From assembly GCA_041665545.1 (NCBI GenBank), contig JBAYIQ010000006.1, positions 1 to 50,505 of the forward strand: a stretch of 50,505 bases of DNA, given 5' to 3'. This document shows positions 19,010-29,455 of this stretch, one piece after another. Made by a program: the position numbers and the translations under genes. The notes under the pieces are model-generated. The model made no database searches, was not told the DNA's origin, and saw only the letters and a list, made by a program, of their open reading frames with translations. The stretch comes from Patescibacteria group bacterium. Its GTDB lineage: Bacteria; Patescibacteriota; Patescibacteriia; UBA1558; GWA2-36-10. How positions within the stretch are numbered: position 1 is the first letter of the stretch; every line of letters starts with the position of its first letter.

Positions 19010-20356
19010 TTATAAAAATAAAATTATTAATAAATTAGTGATTACAAAAAATAAATGGGATTCAGTAAAATATCTAGATAAAAACCAGACCCCACCCATT
19101 AATAGTGTACCGTGTAAATAGACATTTTTTTGGGTATTGTTTTTATATTGTCTATATAAAAACAGCGGTAAAAAGGTAATAATAAATATTGTTTGCCAGA
19201 TAGCAAAATTATAAAATTGAGTTGGTTCAGAAATAATTTTCAGCTGTAGCAGTAAGCCAGCTAGTCCAAGCCCACGTGCTGGATAAAGATGGCCTAAGTA
19301 GTAAACTGTGTCGTGGTAGAAGGCCTTGGGATCCCATAAAATAAAAGGTAATAGTATAAGACAGACAAGAAACAGCATTACGAGTGGGTATTTAATAAAT
19401 TTTAATAAGGATTGTTTATTAATTGGTAAATACTTTTTAAATAAAATAAATGTTAAAAAGAAAGGCCAGAAAAAGATCATGTTTTGCTTAGTTAGGCCGG
19501 CTAAGCTGATCATAATGATTGAAAAAGTATAACGCTCTTTTTTTAAGAAAAAATACGCCCATAATAAAAAATACAGCGGGACTATATCACCAAAACCAAA
19601 AATTATGTCCGTGTATAAGAAAGTATTTAATGTAAAAAACAATAGTAATCCATTTTTCTTTTTTAAACTGGAGGGCAGTTTATATATTAGTAGACAAGCT
19701 AATAGGTATATTAGAAAATTGAGTATTCTATTATCATAAAAGTGAAAAATATTTATAAACACATATTTAAATGGTAGCGGTAAAATAAAGAAAAGCGGCA
19801 TATAAACATAGTTTTCCAAAGCCGGATTAAGCATTGTCCATTGTTTATGAACGCTGTCAAATTTTATCCAGTGATAGGTTTCATTATCCATAGCAGTACC
19901 ATAGTAATCTTCTTGGTATGGATTTTTTCCTTTTAGGATATAGTCAACCGCCGTTTCAGTCTGTAGAATACCATCCTGAGGGCTCCAAGCCGGGTTAGTA
20001 TTGTTGTATCGCCTATAGATATTTATTGATAAAATTAAAGCTTGGATTATTAAGAAACAAATTATTATCAATATTTTATTTTTATTATTATTTTTTTTAA
20101 TTGCCCAGTAATAAAAAATAGCTAATAAAGAAAAAATAAGTAATAAAACAAGTGATATTAACGTGAAACTACTGTTGTTAATTATATTTTCGGGGTTGAA
20201 GTCTAGGTTTGTAAAGAAAAGTTTTAAATAATCTAAGACACTTGAGAAAAACATAATCGATAAGATAAAAAAAAGAGTAAATTCCCAAGAACTATACTTG
20301 ATTAACATTAAGTAGGGTGAAAGGAGATCGTCAAAAGTTTTTTTAATTTTTTCCAT
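19010..20356 (-). CDS. polytopic GT-C-like membrane glycosyltransferase (DUF2029/GT87-like), paralogue 2
   Basis: 448 aa with at least 10 TM segments. First loop motif DGILQTE..YILKGKNPY. Collinear with the upstream paralogue. Confidence 0.5.
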   Translation of the reverse strand: MEKIKKTFDDLLSPYLMLIKYSSWEFTLFFILSIMFFSSVLDYLKLFFTNLDFNPENIINNSSFTLISLVLLLIFSLLAIFYYWAIKKNNNKNKILIIICFLIIQALILSINIYRRYNNTNPAWSPQDGILQTETAVDYILKGKNPYQEDYYGTAMDNETYHWIKFDSVHKQWTMLNPALENYVYMPLFFILPLPFKYVFINIFHFYDNRILNFLIYLLACLLIYKLPSSLKKKNGLLLFFTLNTFLYTDIIFGFGDIVPLYFLLWAYFFLKKERYTFSIIMISLAGLTKQNMIFFWPFFLTFILFKKYLPINKQSLLKFIKYPLVMLFLVCLILLPFILWDPKAFYHDTVYYLGHLYPARGLGLAGLLLQLKIISEPTQFYNFAIWQTIFIITFLPLFLYRQYKNNTQKNVYLHGTLLMGGVWFLSRYFTESHLFFVITNLLIILFL

Positions 20357-20364
20357 AGTTGACT

Positions 20365-21711
20365 TTATAAAAACATAGCTATTATCAAATTAGTAATAAC
20401 AACGCCAAGATGAGCCTCAGTAAAATTTCTAGAGAAAAACCACATCCCAGTCATTAATATGGTGCCATATAGATAGACGTGTTGAGGATTATTTTTTTTG
20501 AATTGTTTATATAATAGTAATGGTAAAAAAATTATAATAAATGTGACTTGCCATAAAACAAAACCATAATATTTTAGTGGGTCGCTAATAATATGTAAAT
20601 TCAATAATAATCCAGCTAACCCAACCCCACGAGCGGGGTATATATATTTAAGGTAGGTAACAGTGTCATAATAAAAAGCTCCCGGGTTCCATAAAATAAA
20701 AGGTAATAATATGACGCAACATAGAAGTAACATTATGAGTGGGTATTTAAGGTATTGTAGAAATGATCGCTGGTTAAGAGGCCAGAATTTTTTAAATAAA
20801 ATGTATGCTAAAAAGAAAGGCCAAAAAAATATTATATTTTGTTTACTTAAACCGGCAATGCTGATCATAATTATTGACTTGGAGTATTGCTCTTTTTTCA
20901 AATAATAGTAACTAGACAGTAAGAAGAGAAGGGGCAATATATCATTGAACCCGAAAACCATATGTAGATAAAAAAAATTATTCAAAGTGAAAAATATAAG
21001 GGCGCAATTTTTTTTCTTTTGGGTTTTTGGTATTTTGTAGATAAAAAAACAAGCCAGCAAGTAAATTATGAAATTGAAAATACGATTATCATAAAAACCA
21101 AAAATATTCGTGAACATTATTTTTAAAGGCAAGGGTAGAATAAAGCTAAGGGGCATATATACATAGCTTTCCAAGGCCGGGTTAATAAACCTCCATACTT
21201 TGCCGGCTCCACCCATTGTAATATAGTGGTCTCTAAAATTATCCATAGCAGTCTCGTGGTAGTTTTCTTCGTATGGATTTTTACCTTGCATTAACAAATT
21301 CATAGCTACTTCAGTTTGAGCAATGCCATCATGAGGGAGTGTATCTATGCGAGGATTGTTAAATCTTACATTAATTCTTGCAGCCACAGTCAAACCCTGT
21401 ATTAATAAAATGAAGATTATAACGACTATTTTAATTCTGTTCAGGTTTTTTTTAATTGCCCAAAAGTATATATATGACAAAGAATAAAAAATTACTATGC
21501 TTAAAAAAGTAAAAAAGAGCACCTGTGTGCTTAATTTGTCGGGATTCAAATAAATATTTTTTAATGTTATAAATTGGCAAGTCATATTGATTGTAACATC
21601 AAAAAAGATTGCCAGTAAAATGAAGAAAAAAACAAACTCCCAGGAGAGATATTTTATAATTATTAGGTATGGCGAAGCTAGTCCCCTAAGCGTTCTTTTT
21701 ATTTTTTCCAT
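20365..21711 (-). CDS. polytopic GT-C-like membrane glycosyltransferase, paralogue 1
   Basis: Also exactly 448 aa. Alignable end to end with 19010-20356 (MEKIK.T...SPYL.IIKY.SWEF ... ITNL). Loop motif DGIAQTE..LLMQGKNPY. Confidence 0.5.
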   Translation of the reverse strand: MEKIKRTLRGLASPYLIIIKYLSWEFVFFFILLAIFFDVTINMTCQFITLKNIYLNPDKLSTQVLFFTFLSIVIFYSLSYIYFWAIKKNLNRIKIVVIIFILLIQGLTVAARINVRFNNPRIDTLPHDGIAQTEVAMNLLMQGKNPYEENYHETAMDNFRDHYITMGGAGKVWRFINPALESYVYMPLSFILPLPLKIMFTNIFGFYDNRIFNFIIYLLACFFIYKIPKTQKKKNCALIFFTLNNFFYLHMVFGFNDILPLLFLLSSYYYLKKEQYSKSIIMISIAGLSKQNIIFFWPFFLAYILFKKFWPLNQRSFLQYLKYPLIMLLLCCVILLPFILWNPGAFYYDTVTYLKYIYPARGVGLAGLLLNLHIISDPLKYYGFVLWQVTFIIIFLPLLLYKQFKKNNPQHVYLYGTILMTGMWFFSRNFTEAHLGVVITNLIIAMFL

Positions 21712-22414
21712 ATTGTATTTTTAACAACCAAGGCATTATCAGTCCTTCTTTTATAATATTAGAAGAAATTTTAGATTTGCCCAAAATCCTTTCGACAAAA
21801 ATAATTGGCAGTTCTTTTATTTTGGCCTTATTTTTAAATAACGTATATTTTAGTTCCATTAAAAAAGCATAACCCTTACCATTGATTCTATTCAAGTCTA
21901 TCTTTTGTAAAGCATTGGTTTTTATGGCCATAAAACCAGCGGTATTGTCATTAATTGTGGTGTTTAAAATAGTTTTGGCATAAAAATTACCCATCCGGCT
22001 TAAAAAACGTCTTTTAAGGGGCCAGTTTTTGACACCGCCATTTTTTATATATCGCGAGCCAATGATTAAATCATGATCAGCAAGGTCGGCTATAAACTCC
22101 GGCAAGTATTTGGGGTCATGAGAAAAATCAGCATCCATGGTAACAACAAATTGATAGTTTTGTTGGAGGGTAATTTTGAAACCCTCAATATAGGCAGTAC
22201 CCAGGCCAAGCTTACCAGACCTTTTCAGTAAGCGGAGGCGAGGATTTTGTTTTTGCAATTCTTCGACAATACCACTAGTACCATCAGGTGAGTTATCATC
22301 AACAATCAAAATATCTACCAAAATTGGTAGACATAAAATTTGCTCAATTAATTTGGCTATATTGTCACGCTCGTTGTAGGTGGGGATTATTATTAGTCCC
22401 TCTTGATTTGGCAT
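21686..22414 (-). CDS. GT2 polyprenol-phosphate mannosyl/glycosyl-transferase (Dpm1/Ppm1-like)
   Basis: Motifs IIIPTYNERDNI, VDDNSPDGT, MDADFSHDP and GSRY. Overlaps the downstream paralogue start by 26 nt. Confidence 0.85.
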   Translation of the reverse strand: MPNQEGLIIIPTYNERDNIAKLIEQILCLPILVDILIVDDNSPDGTSGIVEELQKQNPRLRLLKRSGKLGLGTAYIEGFKITLQQNYQFVVTMDADFSHDPKYLPEFIADLADHDLIIGSRYIKNGGVKNWPLKRRFLSRMGNFYAKTILNTTINDNTAGFMAIKTNALQKIDLNRINGKGYAFLMELKYTLFKNKAKIKELPIIFVERILGKSKISSNIIKEGLIMPWLLKIQYGKNKKNA

Positions 22415-22432
22415 GGTTATATTTTACCACAC

Positions 22433-23494
22433 CTAGTTAAAATGAAAATGCACGGTATCTCCATCTTTGATCTCATACTCCTTGCCTTCCATGCGGATCA
22501 AGCCCTTTTCTTTGGCCTGATTCCAGCCACCACATTTGATGATGTCTTGCCAGTTGACTACTTCAGCGCGGATAAAGCCCTTTTCAAAATCAGTGTGGAT
22601 GACACCGGCGGCCTGCGGTGCTTTGGCACCCCTAGTCACGGTCCAAGCTTTGCTTTCCATGGGGCCAGTAGTGATGAAGGTAATTAAACCCAGTAGTTCG
22701 TAGCTGGCTTGGATCAAGGCATCTAAGCCGCTGGTTTTGATACCCAATTCTTTTATATATTCACTGGCTTCTTCGGGTTTTAAGTCAGCCAATTCGGCTT
22801 CGATTTTGGCACAGACAGCAATAGCATTGTTGGGTAAGTTCAAATCTTTACCCAAATCATTTTCGTCAATATTGTATAAATAAATAATTGGCTTGGAAGT
22901 TAGCAAGTTTAAGGTTTTTAAAATCTTTTTTTCTTCATCAGTCCATTCATTTTTATTTAGCAACTCATTTGCTTCCAGCATGGTGCGGGCTTTTTCCAAA
23001 ACCACTTTTTCTTTATCAAGGGATTTTTCGTAAACACCCTTCATTTTGCTAATCACTTTATCCAAATATTTAGTCAAAGTGTCTAAGTCAGCCAAGATCA
23101 ATTCCAAATTAATTATTTGTTTGTCATATTCAGGATCTATCTGGCCATGCACATGGATGACGTTATTATCATTAAAATTTCTAATGACTTGAACAATGGC
23201 GTCTACCTCACGGATATTGGCTAAAAATTTATTACCCAAACCCTGCCCCTCGCTAGCACCCTTGACTAGGCCAGCAATATCCACAAACTCAATAGTTGTT
23301 GGGACAATTTTTTCAGAATTAGAAATTTTGGCTAGTTGGTCTAGACGATTATCAGGTACAGCTACTACTCCGACATTGGGGTCAATGGTGCAGAAAGGGT
23401 AGTTGGCAATATCTACTTTGTTTTTGGTCAAGGCCTTGAAAATGGTTGATTTACCGACATTTGGCAGGCCGACAATTCCTAAAGAAAATGACAT
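22433..23494 (-). CDS. ychF: ribosome-binding ATPase YchF
   Basis: Motifs [25 protein letters not shown] and a C-terminal TGS domain (FIRAEV). Confidence 0.95.
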   Translation of the reverse strand: MSFSLGIVGLPNVGKSTIFKALTKNKVDIANYPFCTIDPNVGVVAVPDNRLDQLAKISNSEKIVPTTIEFVDIAGLVKGASEGQGLGNKFLANIREVDAIVQVIRNFNDNNVIHVHGQIDPEYDKQIINLELILADLDTLTKYLDKVISKMKGVYEKSLDKEKVVLEKARTMLEANELLNKNEWTDEEKKILKTLNLLTSKPIIYLYNIDENDLGKDLNLPNNAIAVCAKIEAELADLKPEEASEYIKELGIKTSGLDALIQASYELLGLITFITTGPMESKAWTVTRGAKAPQAAGVIHTDFEKGFIRAEVVNWQDIIKCGGWNQAKEKGLIRMEGKEYEIKDGDTVHFHFN

Positions 23495-23568
23495 AAAGTT
23501 TATTTATATGGGGCATTAAACCATAAATTTGTATAAAAATCAACGATTGGTTATAATACGTCTACTTT

Positions 23569-25575
23569 ATGGTAAATATTGATTTCAAAAAAGAGCTCAA
23601 TGAGGGACAATATGCCGTGGTTAGCGCTTCGGCTGGGCCTCATTTAGTATTGGCTGGAGCAGGATCTGGCAAGACCAGAACTCTGGTTTATCGCGTGGCT
23701 TGGCTTTTATCAAAGCAAGTGGCTCCAGAAAAGATTTTGCTTTTGACTTTTACCAACAAAGCCGCCAACGAGATGATTGCGCGGGTAAAATCTCTTTTAC
23801 ACTGGCCACCTGACAAAAAATTGACTCTGTGGGCTGGTACTTTTCATTCTGTGGCCAACCGCTTACTTAGAATGTATGGTGAAGCAGTTGGCGTGCCCAA
23901 AGATTTTGCCATTATTGATGAAGATGATAAAAAGGCCCTACTCAAAGGTATTATAAAAGATTTTTTCAGTCAGCTGGACTTGAAGCGCTTGCCTTCGCCC
24001 AGTGTAGTTAATGAGATTTTTAGCTTTGCCACTAATTCGCAGATTAGTATTGAGGAAAGTTTGACTAGAAAATATTCTGACTGGCAACCGCTATTGGAAT
24101 ATTTTGAAAAAATAAAAGTAGAATTTGATAAACGTAAACAGTCAGCTAAGTTATTGGATTTTGATGATTTATTATTGTACTGGTATCGTCTGACCGAGGA
24201 GCCAAGCATTGGCGAGTTGCTAGCCAAAAAATGGGAGCATATTTTGGTAGACGAATATCAGGACACCAACACCCTGCAAGCCAAAATTATTTTTAATTTA
24301 GCCAAAAAGCATAAAAATATTTTGGTAGTCGGCGATGACGCCCAAAGTATTTATTCTTTTCGAGCGGCCAACATTCAAAATATTCTTGACTTCCCTCAAG
24401 TGTTTTCCAATTGTCAGGTGCACAAATTAGAAATAAATTATCGCTCTACGCCGGAGATTGTGGAGCTAGCCAATGCCGTGATTGCTAGCAACACCAAGCA
24501 GTTTGCCAAGAATTTGCAGTCCGTGATTCCTAAATACATCAAACCAGAATTGATCGCTCTCAAAACAAATCGCGAAGAAGCGGGTTTTATAGCTGACCGC
24601 ATTCAAGGTTTGTTGGCTGATGGCTTGGAGCCCAATGAAATTGTAGTTTTGTTTCGCGCCACGCACCATTCCCAATATTTGGAAATGGAGCTCAATCGCC
24701 GCCAGATTGTTTACGAACTAAGAGGTGGTTTGAAGTTTTTTGAACGCGCTCATATCAAAGACGTCTTGGCTTGGCTGAGGGTATTTTACAATTTACAGGA
24801 TGAGATATCTTGGGTCAGGATATTACAGCTTTATGAAGGCATTGGTCCAGCTTCAGCCCAAAAGATTTTTCAAACTATTATAAAGCACGGCAGTTTGGAG
24901 CTGAAAGGCATGAACATTCAGCTTGGCCAAACCGGACAAAAGAGTTGGTCGTTTATTAGCGTGGTGTTTGAAAAAATGTTACTCAAAAAAGACAGCACTT
25001 TGACCGAGTTATTGGAGATAGTAATTGATGAGTATAGTGGTTATTTGAAAAATACTTATACTGATTTTTATGAGCGGCTAGAGGATTTGGAGCAACTTAA
25101 AGTATTTGCCAGCAACTATCAAGATCTGAGCACTTTTTTGACCGAAATTACTTTGCAGGAACAGTTTGCCGAAGTTAATGCTAATAATAAAAAGAACAAT
25201 GTTATATTGAGCACTGTCCATCAGGCCAAGGGCTTAGAGTGGCAGGCAGTTTTTATCATGAATTTAACTGATCAAAGTTTTCCACATCCGCTAGCCGTCA
25301 GCGAGGAAGAGCAGGAAGAAGAACGTCGCTTGTTTTATGTAGCCGTCACTCGAGCCAAGCAACAGCTGTATTTAGTTTATCCTTTGGCTAACTTAAGTTT
25401 CGGCGGTTTCAAGATGCTCCAGCCCTCAGAGTTTATTGCTGACCTGGATGGCCGTTTGTTAAATTATAATCAACTAGCCAAATCAACTGCTTGGAAGTCC
25501 GATGGTGATGTGCAATATGTCAGCGAGCTAGATGATAGTAGTGATGGTTTTTTACCCGATGTCAGCGAGTGGTAA
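23569..25575 (+). CDS. UvrD/PcrA/Rep-family SF1 DNA helicase
   Basis: Motifs LN..Q..AV, AGAGSGKT, ILVDEYQDTN, VGDDAQSIYSFRAA, YRS, TVHQAKGLEW and LFYVAVTRAK. Confidence 0.9.
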   Translation: MVNIDFKKELNEGQYAVVSASAGPHLVLAGAGSGKTRTLVYRVAWLLSKQVAPEKILLLTFTNKAANEMIARVKSLLHWPPDKKLTLWAGTFHSVANRLLRMYGEAVGVPKDFAIIDEDDKKALLKGIIKDFFSQLDLKRLPSPSVVNEIFSFATNSQISIEESLTRKYSDWQPLLEYFEKIKVEFDKRKQSAKLLDFDDLLLYWYRLTEEPSIGELLAKKWEHILVDEYQDTNTLQAKIIFNLAKKHKNILVVGDDAQSIYSFRAANIQNILDFPQVFSNCQVHKLEINYRSTPEIVELANAVIASNTKQFAKNLQSVIPKYIKPELIALKTNREEAGFIADRIQGLLADGLEPNEIVVLFRATHHSQYLEMELNRRQIVYELRGGLKFFERAHIKDVLAWLRVFYNLQDEISWVRILQLYEGIGPASAQKIFQTIIKHGSLELKGMNIQLGQTGQKSWSFISVVFEKMLLKKDSTLTELLEIVIDEYSGYLKNTYTDFYERLEDLEQLKVFASNYQDLSTFLTEITLQEQFAEVNANNKKNNVILSTVHQAKGLEWQAVFIMNLTDQSFPHPLAVSEEEQEEERRLFYVAVTRAKQQLYLVYPLANLSFGGFKMLQPSEFIADLDGRLLNYNQLAKSTAWKSDGDVQYVSELDDSSDGFLPDVSEW

Positions 25576-25605
25576 AATAAGAAAAATTTGCTATAATATC
25601 GATGC

Positions 25606-25660
25606 GTCATCCCGCACTTGTTGCGGGATCTAGCTAGATTCCTGCCTGCGCAGGAATGAC
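25606..25660. repeat. GTCA...TGAC nested-palindrome element, copy R3 (55 bp)
   Basis: GTCA-TCCCGCActtgtTGCGGGA-TCTAGCTAGA-TTCCTGCctgcGCAGGAA-TGAC. Near-identical to R2 and R7. Confidence 0.85.
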
Positions 25661-25678
25661 AGTTCAAATAACACAATA

Positions 25679-26470
25679 ATGACTGAAAAAAAAGATACAA
25701 TAATTTTAGATTTAGAGACCAAAAAGTCTTTTGATGAAGTGGGTGGCCAGCACAATCGTCATCTTTTGGGTGTCTCGGTAGTTGGCGTTTATTCCTATAA
25801 TCGTAATTCTTATAAAGGTTTTAGAGAGGGGGAGTTTGATCAGCTTTTAGAATTATTAAAAAATACTGAGTTGATAGTGGGTTTTAATAGCAAGAGTTTT
25901 GATTTTACTGTTTTGCAACCCTACTACAAAAATTTTGATTTGAGCACCATAAATCATTTGGATATTTTGGAAGAGATTGTCTATGCCTTGGGTCATAGGT
26001 TGAAATTGGAAAGCGTGGCCATGAGCACCTTGGGCTACGGCAAGTCTGGTTCGGGCCTCGATGCCATCCGTTACTTCAAAAGCAATGATTGGGAGAATCT
26101 GACTAAATATTGTCTAGAAGATGTCAAAGTAACGCGAGAGGTTTATGAATATGGCTTGGATCATGGCTATATTTGGTACAGCAACTCCGGGCAAAAAGAA
26201 AAAATAGTGGCTCGCTGGAAAAAAAGTGGAGCTAGCACAGTGGAAGAGACTGTCAAAAATGCCCTAAGAAATGGCGAACAGTTGGAAATTGATTATATAG
26301 ACGAGCAGGGTAAGACCAGTAAGCGTAAAATTGATATTCAAAGCATCAATGGTAATAAAATTCGCGCTTTTTGTTATTTACGAGACGCCATTAGGATTTT
26401 TGATCTAGATAAAATAAAAAAAGCCCAAGTAGTTGGGAAAATGAAAAGCTGGCAGAATAGTTTGTTGTAG
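25679..26470 (+). CDS. DEDD/RNase H-fold exonuclease fused to a WYL-like domain
   Basis: Motifs ILDLET, GFNSKSFDF and YCLEDV (Exo I-III-like). The C-terminal LEIDYIDEQGKTSKRKIDIQSI..IRAFCYLRDAIRIFDLDKI resembles a WYL domain. Confidence 0.55.
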   Translation: MTEKKDTIILDLETKKSFDEVGGQHNRHLLGVSVVGVYSYNRNSYKGFREGEFDQLLELLKNTELIVGFNSKSFDFTVLQPYYKNFDLSTINHLDILEEIVYALGHRLKLESVAMSTLGYGKSGSGLDAIRYFKSNDWENLTKYCLEDVKVTREVYEYGLDHGYIWYSNSGQKEKIVARWKKSGASTVEETVKNALRNGEQLEIDYIDEQGKTSKRKIDIQSINGNKIRAFCYLRDAIRIFDLDKIKKAQVVGKMKSWQNSLL

Positions 26471-26486
26471 TGTTTATAAATTTTTA

Positions 26487-26600
26487 GGCTCGCTGACCCC
26501 TTAGGATGTCATGCCGAACTTGTTTCGGCATCTCCATTAGCCACTTAGCAATTTGAGATCCTGAAATAAATTCAGGATGACAATATGAGGTCAGCGAGCC
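26487..26600. repeat. GTCA...TGAC nested-palindrome element, copy R5
   Basis: Core 26508-26581: GTCA-TGCCGAActtgttTCGGCA-TCTC..GAGA-TCCTGAAataaaTTCAGGA-TGAC. Outer 12-bp stem GGCTCGCTGACC (26487-26498) / GGTCAGCGAGCC (26589-26600). Confidence 0.85.
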
Positions 26601-26620
26601 CTTAAGTAGTCTAAAAACGG

Positions 26621-27466
26621 CTATTTTTTGTTTTTTCTAGCTTTATGTAATTGTAGAGTATTATAAAGCAGCATAGCCACAGTCATGGGCCCTACCCCGC
26701 CTGGTACTGGTGTGATGTGGCTGACTTTATCAAAGACCGCGCTATAATCAACATCGCCGACAACTTGGTGATCGTCAATTTTATTGGTACCAACATCAAT
26801 GACAATAGCTCCATTTTTAACCATGTCTTCCTTGATGAAGAATGGCTGGCCAATAGCCACTATCAAAATATCAGCTGTACTGGTATATTTTTTTAATTCA
26901 GGATTTTTGGGGTCTAGCAACTGGGCGTGAATATTTTTGTCAGCCAATACTTTAGTCAGTGGTTGAAAGAAAACATCGCCCTTAGCCACGATAACGGCTG
27001 ATTTATTATTTAAATCTTCTTCAGTAGATTCAATTAGTTTCAAAATTCCCAAAGCCAAACCAGGGATAAAATCACTTGTCCCCGCCAACAATTTTTTTAT
27101 ATTATTGGGGTGAAAACCATCGACATCTTTTTTGGGGTCGATAGCTTTTATTATTTGGTCAACAGCAAGGTGTTGGGGTAGTGGTAGCTGGACCAAAATA
27201 GCGTCAGTGAGCTCATCTTTGTTTAAAAAATCAATAGTTTCTAAGACTTGTTCTAAGGTGATATTGTCAGGCATTAGGTATTCATGAAATTCTATACCGA
27301 TTTGCTCACAGGCCTTTTTTTTGAGACGTACGTAGAGTTTTGAGGCCGGGTCATCGCCAACCAAAATAACAGCCAATTCAGGTTTTAAGTCGTTGGTTTT
27401 TATTTCCACTGTTAAATTTTGTTGGATTTCGGCGGCTAGTGCTTTACCGTCAATTATTTTGGACAT
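26621..27466 (-). CDS. folD: bifunctional methylene-THF dehydrogenase / methenyl-THF cyclohydrolase
   Basis: Motifs IIDGK, LAVILVGDDPAS..YV, DVDGFHP and TPVPGGVGPMTVAML. Confidence 0.93.
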   Translation of the reverse strand: MSKIIDGKALAAEIQQNLTVEIKTNDLKPELAVILVGDDPASKLYVRLKKKACEQIGIEFHEYLMPDNITLEQVLETIDFLNKDELTDAILVQLPLPQHLAVDQIIKAIDPKKDVDGFHPNNIKKLLAGTSDFIPGLALGILKLIESTEEDLNNKSAVIVAKGDVFFQPLTKVLADKNIHAQLLDPKNPELKKYTSTADILIVAIGQPFFIKEDMVKNGAIVIDVGTNKIDDHQVVGDVDYSAVFDKVSHITPVPGGVGPMTVAMLLYNTLQLHKARKNKK

Positions 27467-27480
27467 AAGTTTGTTTATTC

Positions 27481-27571
27481 GTCATCCCGCACTTCCGCCA
27501 AAGGCGGACAGGTGTTGCGGGATCTAGTTTTAGATTATTACAAACTAGATTCCTGCCTACGCAGGAATGAC
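27481..27571. repeat. GTCA...TGAC nested-palindrome element, copy R4 (91 bp, expanded)
   Basis: Same ends and hairpins as R2/R3. It carries an extra hairpin CCGCCaaaGGCGG (27495-27507) inside hairpin 1 and an extended central stem TCTAGTTT..AAACTAGA. Confidence 0.85.
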
Positions 27572-27578
27572 AGCAAGT

Positions 27579-28841
27579 TTATAGTTCCGGATACAGCGGA
27601 AACTTTGCCATCAAATTTAATATTTTATTTTGATTATTTTCTGAAACTGATTTTGATTTCAAAGTCGTGATAATGACATCGGCAATTATTTCCATATCTT
27701 TTTCTTTTAAGCCCCGAGTAGTCAGAGCGGCCGTGCCCAATCTAATACCAGATGGATCCATTGGTTTTCTAGTGTCAAAAGGAACCATGTTTTTGTTGGT
27801 ATAGATATAGGTCTGGTCTAGCAGAGTTTCAGCTTCTTTGCCGGACAAGCCCAAAGGTGTCACATCGATCAGTAGGAGATGATTGTCAGTGCCGCCGGAA
27901 ACCATTTTTATTTCAGCTTCATGAAATTTGTTTTCCAAAGTTTTGCAATTTTTTAAAATCTGTTCTTGGTAGGATTTGAATTCTGGTTGCAAGGCCTCAC
28001 CAAAAGCCACAGCTTTGGCGGCAATGATGTGTTCCAGCGGTCCACCTTGAGTTCCAGGAAAAACAGCGCTGTCTATTTTTTGTGCTAAGTTTTTCTTTCC
28101 ACTAGGATCTAGGTGATCATTTATTTTTGATAAAATCATAGCACCTCGTGGACCACGTAAGGTCTTGTGGGTGGTAGTAGTCACTACATCGGCTACTGGC
28201 ACAGGATCAGGGTGTAGGCCAGCGGCTACTAGGCCAGCAATATGGGCCATGTCAACCATCAAATAAGCGCCAACTTCATCGGCAATATTTTTGAATTTAG
28301 CAAAATCAATTTGGCGTGAATAAGCTGAAGCGCCAGCTAAGATAATTTTTGGTTTGTGGGCGATAGCTTGGCTACGGACTTCATCAAAATCAATTAACTC
28401 GGTTTCTTTGCTGACGCCATAGCTGACAAAATTGTAGGATTTACCAGAAAAATTGACTGGATGTCCATGAGTCAAATGTCCACCATGCGCCAGTGAAAAT
28501 CCCAAAATAGTATCATGCAAATTGGCTAGCGCCATGTAGGCAGCGGCATTGGCTTGGGAGCCAGAGTGGGGTTGGACATTGGCGTGCTCGGCTTGGAATA
28601 ATTTTTTGGCGCGTTCAATAGCTAAAGTTTCAGCTTGGTCAATGAACTCATTGCCACCATAGTATCTTTTGTTGGGGTAGCCCTCGGCATATTTATTGGT
28701 CAACACCGAAGCAGTGGCCTCTAGGACAGCCAGAGAAACAAAATTCTCCGAGGCAATCATTTCCGCGCCTTGGCGTTGGCGATTGAGCTCGGCCTCCAAA
28801 ATATGGGCAATAGTTGGGTCTTGTTGGTTTAGGTGTTTCAT
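27579..28841 (-). CDS. glyA: serine hydroxymethyltransferase
   Basis: Motifs [22 protein letters not shown] (PLP Lys) and GGPLEH. Confidence 0.97.
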   Translation of the reverse strand: MKHLNQQDPTIAHILEAELNRQRQGAEMIASENFVSLAVLEATASVLTNKYAEGYPNKRYYGGNEFIDQAETLAIERAKKLFQAEHANVQPHSGSQANAAAYMALANLHDTILGFSLAHGGHLTHGHPVNFSGKSYNFVSYGVSKETELIDFDEVRSQAIAHKPKIILAGASAYSRQIDFAKFKNIADEVGAYLMVDMAHIAGLVAAGLHPDPVPVADVVTTTTHKTLRGPRGAMILSKINDHLDPSGKKNLAQKIDSAVFPGTQGGPLEHIIAAKAVAFGEALQPEFKSYQEQILKNCKTLENKFHEAEIKMVSGGTDNHLLLIDVTPLGLSGKEAETLLDQTYIYTNKNMVPFDTRKPMDPSGIRLGTAALTTRGLKEKDMEIIADVIITTLKSKSVSENNQNKILNLMAKFPLYPEL

Positions 28842-28961
28842 ATGTTTGTTTTTGGTTATAATAAAAATCTATTGTTTAGTGTAGCATATTAGCTATTTCC
28901 TGCAATATTTAAATAATGAGCCCCCGGCCGCGTGTGGCGACAGGGGGCCCGATGGTCTGGT

Positions 28962-29297
28962 TCAGGCGGCCGGTTGTCTATGCTGGTGTCGCTTGGCTAG
29001 CTCATAGACGGCCGTCAGACGTCGATCAATCTCCCGTGGCGACATGCGGAAGACAGTCATCAGTTTCTGGAACTTGGGTTCCTGACTGATGGTGCCTCGG
29101 TTGATGACAACCTCGCGCAGGATCAATTGATTGATGACCCAGCAACGTTGCAGCTTGACCGAGAGTTTCGGACACTTGGGCGTGGCCTCATCAATGATGT
29201 CGACCATGCCGTCGATCTCTTCGTCACTGCAGTTACCTACCCAGTGGAGCGCATGTCGCTCCACGTCTGCCTTGTGAAGCGAACGTCGCTTTGCCAT
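28962..29297 (-). CDS. cassette E ORF (111 aa), no recognised family (possible C-terminal HTH)
   Basis: AAGGAGG lies 4 nt before the ATG. G/C-rich third codon positions. The KLMTVFRMSPREIDRRLTAVYELAKR segment is HTH-like (weak). Confidence 0.5.
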   Translation of the reverse strand: MAKRRSLHKADVERHALHWVGNCSDEEIDGMVDIIDEATPKCPKLSVKLQRCWVINQLILREVVINRGTISQEPKFQKLMTVFRMSPREIDRRLTAVYELAKRHQHRQPAA

Positions 29298-29380
29298 GGT
29301 TCCTCCTTGATCAGACTTTGCCTATCCCGGTATTAGTCGGGTGGTCAGTGGTTAGCGAAGGGTACGAAAGTCAATTGAAT

Positions 29381-29408
29381 ATTATATAGTTTATTAGGGA
29401 TTTGTCAA
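29381..29408 (-). promoter_or_regulatory. TTGACA-16-TATAAT promoter of cassette E
   Basis: TGTCAA at 29403-29408 and ATTATA at 29381-29386 on the plus strand. Confidence 0.6.
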
Positions 29409-29455
29409 CCCCTGCCTCATTTGCTGATATTAAGTTTTTAGATTAATATTAAATT

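Larger units (their letters stand above)
28917..29418 (-). other. GC-rich mini-cassette E
   Basis: 36/60 G+C at 28981-29040 (hand count). Own promoter (29381-29408), ~85-nt leader, SD AAGGAGG, a 111-aa ORF, and the 3' hairpin GCCCCC..GGGGGC (28919-28947). Confidence 0.6.

Noticed and set aside
18787-19038. 83-aa plus-strand ORF in the queA / GT-C convergent spacer
   Set aside because: It has a non-ATG start, no motif, and overlaps the end of the minus-strand gene. The ~210-bp spacer remains unexplained, but I see no supported feature in it.
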